Below, one piece after another: positions 23,371 to 33,127 of a stretch of DNA of 33,127 nucleotides (positions within the stretch are counted from its first letter, which is position 1; each line of letters begins with the position of its first letter). The position numbers and the translations under genes are program-made. Origin of the DNA: Octopus bimaculoides (taxonomy: Eukaryota); assembly GCF_001194135.2 (NCBI RefSeq), contig NC_068982.1, positions 168,089,783-168,122,909 on the forward strand. The letters run 5' to 3'. The notes under the pieces are model-generated. The model was not told the DNA's origin. It searched no databases and saw only the letters and a program-made list of their open reading frames with translations.

Positions 23371-25437
23371 AGGGGATCCAGAAAGCTGATGACAACTCTT
23401 ACTTTTTCTAGACTAAGCAAGTAAAGAAGAAAAAAATATTTAAAGTAAATATATTTATATAATTAGAGTTATTCAACTAAAACAAAAACGGTCTAAGAAA
23501 TATCCTCAGAATGGAATTTCTGCTTCACTTCTTCAGTAAGACATTCGCTGATAAGTTTCAAATCTACAAACCAATGAAATAACCATATTTCCATCGTCAT
23601 TCCACTGGTAGATACTAATTTTAGTTTGACAAATTCAGCTGTTCATTATTAAGTTTATTAACCATATACCAATCTCACCTTTAGGAACCTTTGGCTTTAC
23701 AATATTCTTATATATTCTGCTATGTTCGGCTCTCTTTCGCTACTGTAATTCTATAAAATTTGCTTATTCCTAAAGCGTTAAGTAAAGTAAGTTCAGCAAG
23801 TCTTGAGGAGCAATTCAGTAATCTATTAATCTTTTCATATTGAAGAGTTAGACTTGTGTATCTTGTCACTGGCGTTGATTCGTTAAGTAAATAATATACT
23901 ATTAATATACTTCTATACGCAGTAGTAAAGACGATAAGGTGAGAAAATGAGTCGAATGCAAAGCTCAAAACTAAATATCAAATTCTCTTACGCAGACGAA
24001 ACGTCACAACCTTATTAATGATGGAAATGAGATTACGTTTCGTTCATACATTTTTCAATAGGTAACAAACTGATAATTGACCTGTGGTTTGATACGATTA
24101 TAGGCGACGCGAATTTGTTTACAGGAGAATATGCGAATTACATAAAGATTACTTCCTTCCTTGTAGAGAACAGCACAGTACAATATAAGAAACTAATAAT
24201 CTCTTCAAATCAATATTCTGCTTTCACTCTCACACTCTTTTACCGCCACTTTCTCTCTCGCTTGATCGTTTGCTTCTATTATCTGTTTTTTCGTCTCTCT
24301 CTATCCCCCCTCTCTTTTATTCCACTGCCTCGCCTTTTCTGCCTCGCTTTCCCTGTTTGTTTTGCATCAAGCCATATATCTTTTTTTTTACTTTCTTGAA
24401 AAATGGAATAGTTAAATTGCCATTGCAATAAATACGGATGCTTGAGTGAAGTAAAAATCTCTTCAGACATTTTATATCATTGATCAATACGGAAATAAAA
24501 AGCTTTAGATGAGAACACCCAGTAGCAAATCTCTGCTAATGCTCAATTTAACTGTTACACATCTTCAAACCAGACACCATATAATGTTTCAAAAATAACT
24601 CGCCATTTTATATTTCGATTTATCACAAGCATTGAAGTACTTCAAATCCTATCTATTTATATCTTGAACAACACCCTGACAACTTGTCACTAAGGTAGAC
24701 AGGTATTCTTTCCCTTCATGAAGTATCTCAACCGATCAACTGGTCTTATATATTTAAAAGTAATATATTTTTTTATAATCCTGATTACGGTACACTAAGG
24801 AAATTTTCGTTATGTTTTCAGTATAATAAAAAGAAAAAAAAGGAGGATTCATGTACATCTACGCTTATTTTATTTTGTTTTACATTAGTTAGTATATCAT
24901 TGTTGTTAGTCCATGCGATATCTAAAACGTAAATTCTTGATGAGATTTTGTAGATATGTCTGTTTGTAAATGTCTTCAGGCTTTGTTGAAACTGTCTCAT
25001 TTCATTTAATGCATTGGCAGTAAGGACACAGAATTTCGTTTCACCATTCCTGAAATTTAAAGAATCTATAGACTCACGTTAAGGGAAACCCGGTGTCGCC
25101 CGTACCATTTTTTATTTATTGAATTAGTTTGAAGTTAGGTGGTCTTCCTCTAGCCACCGTAATGCTTCTGTAACCGGTGCGATGGACGCAGTTAACGGTT
25201 GTGCAGGGTCGAAGAGAAGCATGTACCAAGAGAGATTTCCAGAAGGCAGACATTGGGAAGAAAGGGCTCGAGGTAGTGATTAGTATATGATCTGAAAAGA
25301 ACATAATCACATTGAAGGTACCTGAAGGAGGTGAGTTTGAAGCGTATAAGAGGACAATCTTATTGCCTAAGACAATCCAGTTCGGTGGAGTTTAAGCAAC
25401 CGCGGTAACAGTTAGAAGCCAGAGAATGGGGAGAAAA

Positions 25438-26738
25438 GGGAAGACCGGGTCTAGTTGTTACACGGGTAAGTTGTTACAAGCCCATTGTTTCCAACTTCAA
25501 GAAATAGGTGGCACTCAGGTCTCTACTTTGTGAAGGCCAACTCCATAGCATCATGACTGCACATGAGTATTGCACTGGCGGGCTGTCACCAGGAAAGGTA
25601 TGGCTAAAAAAATAAAAACGACTTTTTACTCCAAAAGTGAAACTTTGCCACAGAAATATTTCCTTAACTGCTAAAGCACAAGTGGTGTTACTGAAGTAGT
25701 TTAGTTTGTGGCTCATTAGGAAGTGTTGGACGTTGTCTTCGATACATGAAAGTGTGTCCTGGATGTCATGCATTGCTAGTGCTGTGCACGAGGTAATCCC
25801 CAGAAATCCATGGTCGGGGATAATTGTTACAGTGTATCAATTTACCCCAGGCAACCTACACCAGGCCCAAGTTTTATTGCTGGTGTTGTTACAAGCCCAG
25901 AGATGTTGCGCCCATTAAGGAAGGCTTCCTCCAGGAAGACCGATCGAGGTCGTGGAAGTCGCAAGAGGTGCCAAGCAGCCATTCTAACACTAACCCCCGT
26001 AAAACAGCACATAGTGGATGAAATAAACGAACGGGAAACCAAACCAAAGAAGGCAACTGGTACAGAAAAGGCAACAAAGGGGAAGGGAAAGTCAACAAAA
26101 ACAGCTAAAGTCAAAGGGAAGCAGCCTCGCAGCAAGCAAGTCGCCGATTGGAAATGCTTTGTCTGCTCAGATTGGTATTCCAACTCCCTTCCAGGTGAAG
26201 AACAGGTGCAATGCATTATCTGTAAAGACTGGGCACACACTGACTGTACCGAGGGACGACAGGACTTTCTGTGTGATCTGTGTGGTGAGAAGTTAACGGA
26301 GGACGATTTCGACTAGATGGCACATGTAACAATGGGGAAATTGACTGATGAGGACTCTCAATATCACAGTTAGGATATGAGGTGGTTCAAAAGCACAGTT
26401 AATTAATTAAAATAATATTTCCTAGATACAAGAAGCAGGAGACGTATTCATTTTAAACTTGTTTGTTAACATAATTCCGAGGTATCAACAGTTGTAACAA
26501 AGTACCCTAGTAAGTGTCACAACGTACCCTGCACTCGGAGAAAATTGTTACAGCTGACACCACCTCATTAATTAGAACCTGTCTAATTAATGTTATGTCA
26601 TTTCTGTTTTTTGCTGGTGACAACAATAAATAGAAATGTTTTACTAATTAAATCTGAAAAGAAACTTCAGCTGTGTTCATTTATGTGAGTGCCAAGACAA
26701 AAAAATGAAAAAACGTAACAACTAGACCCGGTCTCCCC
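25438..26738 (+). mobile_element. pogo/Tigger-like non-autonomous DNA transposon (1301 bp)
   Basis: 24-bp TIR GGG(A/G)AGACCGGGTCTAGTTGTTAC at 25438-25461 and 26715-26738, with TA after the right end (left flank reads AA). Carries a transposase C-terminal ORF. Confidence 0.88.
25810..26316 (+). CDS. Transposase C-terminal fragment with PHD finger (transposon-borne, expression unknown)
   Basis: RGSRKRCQAAILTLTPVK basic motif, K-rich linker, and CFVC...CIICKDWAHTDC...CDLC (C4HC3). Confidence 0.7.
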   Translation: MVGDNCYSVSIYPRQPTPGPSFIAGVVTSPEMLRPLRKASSRKTDRGRGSRKRCQAAILTLTPVKQHIVDEINERETKPKKATGTEKATKGKGKSTKTAKVKGKQPRSKQVADWKCFVCSDWYSNSLPGEEQVQCIICKDWAHTDCTEGRQDFLCDLCGEKLTEDDFD

Positions 26739-27049
26739 TAAATATGACGACCAAATGCTGAAGTGTCTTGGTCAGCAACGATATGCCAACCAACTGAGTT
26801 TTCTTCCTTTCAATGCAGTATGGAATGTATCTGCATCTGTAACTCCTCATTTAACTTTAAAAATATAGCCTATTATGATTTTCACCTGAGCTTTGCAATG
26901 GAGTTTGCAGTCGTCGGGAGTAAAAGTATTTTCTAGTTTTGAAAAGGAAAGTCAATTTTAGTGATGCAGTCTTTCCTTTTGTGTGGATGTATTTGTCTGG
27001 ATATAACCCTTGTAACAGTTGATAATGTAGCATTTATAAGAACCTTGAA

Positions 27050-28100
27050 GGCTGAAGTGGTATGCGTTCATGATGAAGAAATTAGAAGATAATTTTCTCT
27101 TGACATGTGTAGCTATTGTGGTAAGAGATGTTGTTAACCATTGATGTATAAATTGATGTATAAATTGAAAATTTTGAGAGACAAAAGCGAAGCCTATGAC
27201 ATATCAGACCAACAGAATATAAATGAAAGAGATTTTCCGCATCACACATCGTGACAGTGCAATTTGAGATGACACTGCCCATCAAATATTTCACATATGG
27301 ATGGCGACCACAAGCAAGACGTTTTGCCACAAGATTTACATATTAGACACAGTAAATATATTTGCTGATATCGAGGACAACAAGGTTTGCACTAAAGTTC
27401 GTGAAGGCCGTAGCACATTGGTGAGGTTTAGTCAAAAAAGTCTTGGCTTTTTGACAACTACGACTTTAGAGCGTTGGATAAATATTCTTTGAATGACTAT
27501 CTTAATCAGTTTTGAGATATTGAAAATGTGAGCACAATAGGACGATTGTCGTTGGGTAAGGTTGTTAAAATTGTATCCATGCCTTCATCAATCGGGAATA
27601 ATACTTTAGAGTGAAAAGAGAATGACAAAAAATAAAGAGGAAAGATTGAAGAGTTTAGTAACACTAGGAGCTGGGTCTTGGTTACATTATACGGGGGTAA
27701 TGTAAGATACACTGGCAGGGAAGCTTGTTTGAATCGGCTGGTTATGTCTTTGCAATTGTCGCATGTGTGAGTGGTGGGTTGTCACGTAGAAAAGAAAAGG
27801 ATAGTTATGAATATTTACTTTGTGTGAACAATGGAACCCTGTGTGCAAAGCGGGCAGCAGCAAATATGAAGGTTTTCTTTGCAAGTATACTGCTTTCAGA
27901 ATCAACATAGATGAGAAAAGATGGATATCGTAAAGTTAGTAGGGATCCTTTTGGCAAGGAAATGAAATATTATACTACCGTTTGAATGCGGAGAAAGAAT
28001 GCTATTTCTACCGTGTTTAGTTCTTTGGTGCATAGCATTTGACTCCCAACTACTGCACATAATAACTGTGTTCCCGTTAATTATTATATCCCTTGTCATG
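27050..28100 (-). mobile_element. Second, divergent Penelope-like remnant
   Basis: Minus-strand AVYLQRKPSYL (VYRKPT..YL), NDNRPIVLTF (RIPLVLTY), KKPRL..NLTNVL, then a Cys-rich CLICKSC segment. Heavily decayed. Confidence 0.45.
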
Positions 28101-29204
28101 GTCTATTTGTTAAAATGGAAAATAAATTTATTTCCCCCCATCGTAATTTTACATCTATGTTCCTGTTTTTTTGATGCGATAGAGAAGCCAAACTGTCATA
28201 TTCAACTGCTGTTGGAGGAAGAGCAGCGAAATCTCCTCTATTCACTGCTAAGCATCTTTAAGCGTGAATGGATGCACTGGATATTTAGTCCTTGATATAC
28301 AAAGTATATAATAATCGAATGCTTTCTAAAGGAAAGATGTGTTTGGTCAGTACTGTCGTTTTGTTCAACACTACTAACAGCAGCGGTAACAGCAACTAGA
28401 TATACTGAGGACTTTGATTTCATTCGTTTAACTAGATTCCATATATTACAACATTATATCCATCTTCCTGGGTATAGATGTATCAATTGTTCATGATACA
28501 TCTAGAATAAGCTGTAGTTGCATAGCAACTAAGAATTCACCTGTCTCCCTGCATGTTTCCAGTGTTATATTTTGTAATACTTCCTCTGAAAGCTTGTCGC
28601 ATTTACTCGAAGGTTTTCTTCTTTTATTTTCTCTTTTTTTAATATATTTTGATATTGCCTTCGCCTTTTGAGAAATTAAACACGCATAAAGTTAGTGCAT
28701 GATTAGCTTTGTGAAAATAACCTGTTCTTCGCAAAGGTTGTTGATGAGATACACAATATGAGGTAATCTTTTCAAGGACAAATTATAACTTTTACATAGC
28801 AGGAAAACAATATAAGAAGATTTTTCATGGAGTTAAAATATCTAATCTCACCAATTACATATTTCTGTTGTGCAACATTTAAAATCGGTTTAAAATAGTG
28901 AGTCTGTACTACTATTTTATGTTAATGGTAAATGTGGGATTATAAAAATTAATCATGGGAATGTGTGACAAATATTTCAAGTAAGCTGCCACCTATGTTC
29001 GCGGCTGACTTGTTTATGTTTATTCATTTCATGTTTATGCATATGAAGATGAAAAAAACTAAGTATATACGATATTTATTGTGGAAGATTACAAATGATT
29101 GTCAAAGGTTTAAACACATTGAAGTATACTTGGAGTACTTATCTATTTTGTATTCCTTTTATTCTTTTACTTGCTGCAATTATTTGACTACGACTATGAC
29201 GGGG

Positions 29205-29395
29205 CACTGGTATAAAAAGATTTAAGCGAACAAATCGACCCTAATACGTATTCTGTTTAACTCTAGTATTTATTGTAGCGAGTTATTTTGCCGAACCGCT
29301 AGATCCTGCGAATGTAAATAAATCAACATCATTTGTCAAGTTGTGTGGGAAGAAGCACAAGGTCAAGCACACGTACATACACGTATATATATGCC
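29205..29395 (+). mobile_element. SINE fragment of a different family
   Basis: cgaacaaatcgaccc...gagttattttgccgaaccgctag...gtaaataaatcaaca..ttgtcaag, ending in a (CA/TA) tail. Confidence 0.65.
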
Positions 29396-30824
29396 TGAAA
29401 GATGAGAATCATATTATCAGAAATCAATAGCATAGCGGAAATGCGTCATCTATAACGATTAAGTCGATTTTATAAAGGAGAGTAGTGCCATCAGTTAAAC
29501 TCCATATATGTTAGGACAAAGCGCTTGTAGGGCGATATTCTTGAAGAATTTCCTAATAGGTAATGTGCTACATAGTGGATCTGACGTACTCCAAATGATG
29601 ACCCCATATCGAAAAATAGATTTAGTTTTTCATCAAAACTAATCTCCCTTTACAATAGCGATCTTCTTTACTTTAGGGTATATTACGCACAAGATACTGA
29701 AGAAATGGAAATATGACATCTTTTTATGCGAATAGATGAATATGTCGCGTATTCGTCGTGCAACTAATTACTAATCTTAAGAGATTTTTACTACTCCAAT
29801 CTTGATTACAAATTATATTCCGATGTGTTTGCTAAACCATTTGCTTAATGTTGACGAAATAGGAATTTACAAACATTCGAAAGAACGTGCAGTATGTTAT
29901 CTCCGGAAGAGCGGATCGCGAAGCCCAAATTAAACTATAAATAATAATATGTAAATATTTTTGTTTATATGACTTTCGATCCGCTTCGCTAAAAACAATC
30001 ATTTCACATTCTCTTGTGATAAATTCTAATCACGTAAGAAATATACAATTCTCGCTGATTTGAATAAAGTTTCTAAAATGGGTAAAGAAATTCGAAGGAT
30101 TGCTTTGGTGCAATAGTAAAACTTTTGCTTACATTGTCCTGTTTTCCGTTTTCAGTCATTTGAATACTCGGTAACGTGAAAGAAAATCTAAGTCACAATT
30201 CAAGAAGTTTCAGCCTTTAATAATACGTATTAGTAAACACATATACACGTATATTTATAGTCACAAACATACATATTCAGGTACTGAGATATTAATTATA
30301 CTGACATCATTTTAGTTATGGTCAAGATTCTTTATCAAGAACCATAAATATTGCTGTATTTCTGTCTGCCTGAGAAGTAGCACAAGATAACATACAAATG
30401 AATTATTCGTACGAAACGTTCATCAAGAACAGCGTTGGATTCAGGTAAATTAACATTGTTGTTGAGATGTCTGATAATAACGTCCGTTTGCCTTATATAA
30501 GACAATTGAAAGTTCTATATCATTTACTCTCTCTTTTATGTATTTGTATGTCTTATACTCTATTTTCTATCAGTCAATTTTCTGGCTACCTTAATAGGGT
30601 CAATAACATTATCTAGTATTCTATATATAATTTGAATTTTAAAACCAGAACTTGTCACTAATATTTCTCCATTAACCAGCCTTCCCTACGAAAATAAAGT
30701 TGAAGGATATATTGGAATAAAAAAACAACTTCAAAACATCAAAAACATCAAAAGAAGAACAACAATAATAGTAGTAATAATAATAACAATAAACCTTTCT
30801 TGAAATTTTAAAGGTAGGTGCGCA

Positions 30825-30963
30825 AATGGTACTTATTTTATAAACCTCGAAAGGATGAAAGGGAACTTCGAACTCGGCGGAATATGAACTTAGAACGTGA
30901 AGCCGAACGAAATGCTGCGAAGAGATTTGTCCGGCATACAAACAGTTCTACTACGTCGCCGCC
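30825..30963 (+). mobile_element. SINE 3' core
   Basis: tggtacttattttat...cgaaaggatgaaaggg...ctcggcggaatatgaacttagaacgtgaag. Confidence 0.85.
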
Positions 30964-30994
30964 ATGCAGAACAAAATAACAATAATGAATTCAA

Positions 30995-31183
30995 CATTTG
31001 GCACAAAGGGAGCATTTTAGGGAAGGGATAAATCGATTACATCGACCCCAGTACTCAGCTGGTACTCATTTTATTGACCTCGAAATGATGAAAGGCAAAG
31101 TCGACCTCGGTGGTTGAAGATGGAGGAAATGCCGCCAAGCATTTTACCCTGCTTGCTAACAATTCTGATAGCTTGCAGCCTTC
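30995..31183 (+). mobile_element. SINE ending in an (AAT)n tail (array 31184-31253)
   Basis: atttggcacaaag...tcgattacatcgaccccagtactcagctggtact...gatgaaaggcaaagtcgacctcgg. Confidence 0.88.
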
Positions 31184-31195
31184 ATAATAATAATA

Positions 31196-31253
<58 letters not shown>

Positions 31254-31256
<3 letters not shown>

Positions 31257-32131
31257 CGATGGCAAGAAAAGCCCCTACATGGTAAATACTGGGCTAAACT
31301 AAATGCGAAAGAAATAGACAGAGAAAAATCCCAGCAATGGCTGAGAAGCTCAGGACTCAAAGCAGAGACTGAAGGATTTTTAATTGCTGCACAAGACCAG
31401 AGCCTCCCCACCAGAAATTACCAAAAACACATAATGAAAAGAAATATAACAAGTAACCATAGAATATGTGGAGATCGACAAGAAACAATAAATCATATTA
31501 TCTCTGGCTGCCCTGTCCTGGCTAAGAAGGAATATATTCACAGAGACGACAGAGCTGGGACCTATATACACNNNNNNNNNNNNNNNNNNNNNNNNNNNNN
31601 NNNNNNNNNNNNNNNNNNNNNNNNNNNNNNNNNNNNNNNNNNNNNNNNNNNNNNNNNNNNNNNNNNNNNNNNNNNNNNNNNNNNNNNNNNNNNNNNNNNN
31701 NNNNNNNNNNNNNNNNNNNNNNNNNNNNNNNNNNNNNNNNNNNNNNNNNNNNNNNNNNNNNNNNNNNNNNNNNNNNNNNNNNNNNNNNNNNNNNNNNNNN
31801 NNNNNNNNNNAAAAACTTTCAAAATACAAAGACCTGGAAATAGAGATAACTCGAATGTGGAATCTAAAATCAGAAACAATTCCTATCATAGTAGGTGCCT
31901 TAGGTATAATAAAAAAATATTCAGACAAATACATAACAAAAATACCAGGACTTACAAATATATATAACATACAGAAAATTGCACTACTGGGTACTGCACA
32001 CATTCTACGCAAAACACTTTCAATACAGTAAACATAAGAGCACCACAGCAAACCACAGCACATACCCAAGGCGCACAGAGCTGCGCTCGGTAGTGAAGTG
32101 AAAGCATTTTATAAAAATAAAACTACTGAAC
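31254..32131 (+). mobile_element. 5'-truncated R4/Dong retrotransposon (zinc knuckle and RLE), interrupted by gap 31572-31810
   Basis: WQEKPLHGKYW...WLRSSGLKAETEGFLIAAQDQSLPTRNY...RICGDRQETINHIISGCPVLAKKEY, then KLSKYKDLEIEITRMW...; same 3' UTR as 18349-18738. Confidence 0.92.
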
Positions 32132-32156
32132 AATAATAATAATAATAATAATAATA

Positions 32157-33127
32157 CAAAGATCACACACTGACCTTTGTACTGTGCTTGATACCACTGA
32201 CACTGATTGTGAAGAAAGCAAAAGTTGGGTATGTATTCAAAAGCCGCCAACAAAAACCAACCGTTTGTTATTCATGCATGACCTCAAAATTTATGGTAAA
32301 GATGAAGCCCAAGTCAGTTCCCTCGTTGATTCGTTGATACGTTGTATACCTTCAGTGCTGATATCAGAAGGGAGTTCGGATTGAGAAAGTGTGGTGTATT
32401 AGTATTGAAGAGAGGCAAAATCAAATTTATGGACGGACTATCGATACCGTCGTGGGAGGTTATGAAGCAGATAGAAGAGACGGCCTATAAATACTTGGGG
32501 ATTTGAGAAATTGATAAATTGATGGAGAAAGAAATGACAGAAAAATTTAAGGTGGAGTACTTGCGCAGACTGAGACTGGTCCTTAAGTCGAAATTAAACG
32601 GACGGAATAAGATCGAAGCTATCAACAACTTAGATATGGAGCAGGGGTTATCGCATGGACAGTAGACGAACTAAACAGCTTAGACAGAAAGACAGCGAAG
32701 TTGCTGACTAGATATAGGTCACTCCACTCCAAAAGTGACACAGACAGACTGTATGTAGCAAGAAAAAGAGGGGGGAAGAGGACTTATTCTATGCGAACAC
32801 AGCTTTAGAGCAGAGGAAAACAACATAGCATGGTATGTAAAAATGCCACAGAACCGCTATTATTAGAAGTAAGAAGGTCAGTCCTGTGTAGGATGAAAGA
32901 TTGCAAAGATAAAGCACTATACAAGAAATTGAAAACAAATGAAACTGAAAATAGGCGGGTAAAGAAAAGAATGCATGGTCAATTTCATAGGGATGTTGAA
33001 GATAAGACACAGAGAAAAAAGATGGCTGTGGATGACTAAAAGTGATTTAAAACCGGAAACGAAGGCTCTAATCTGTGCTGCCCAAGAGCAAGCACTAAGA
33101 ACAAACTACATAAAATACAGAATAGAC
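32157..33127 (+). mobile_element. Second, older R4-clade retrotransposon family (RT core to thumb), running off the window
   Basis: FVLCLIPLTLIVKKAKVGY, LLFMHDLKIYGK (FMDDLK), YKYLGI, EYLRRLRLVLKSKLNGRNK, DRLYVARKRGGRGLI, LKPETKALICAAQEQALRTNY. Frameshifted. Confidence 0.9.

Larger units (their letters stand above)
25085..26815 (-). mobile_element. CR1/L2/Jockey-group LINE 3' fragment split by the pogo insertion (25085-25437 plus 26741-26815)
   Basis: Rejoined minus-strand reading LVGISLLTKTLQHL...CYRGCLNSTELDCL...FFPMSAFWKSL (compare FFPRTxxLWNSLP). Confidence 0.6.

Overview
AT-rich, repeat-dense eukaryotic (metazoan) draft-assembly DNA with five N gaps and many microsatellites. The SINE and LINE families resemble those I associate with octopus genomes; that is recall-based inference, not a database result. 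There is no prokaryotic operon, CRISPR array, rRNA or true tRNA, and no intact host gene can be assembled with confidence. The recognisable content is decayed mobile DNA: a Tc1 remnant, an RT-deleted L1/Tx1-like LINE, a second L1-like ORF1 remnant, a Hero-like non-LTR fragment, two Penelope-like fragments, CR1/L2-group 3' fragments, a pogo-like element with an open PHD-finger ORF, a Merlin-like MITE with an 8-bp TSD, two hairpin MITEs, R4/Dong retroposons in (AAT)n arrays, and several SINEs. A few low-confidence host exons and promoters are listed. The most interesting structures are the SINE-tail/(AAT)n/R4 stacks, an inverted SINE pair enclosing a copy of a nearby putative exon, and the RT-less LINE. 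I found nothing I can defend as a new biological system.
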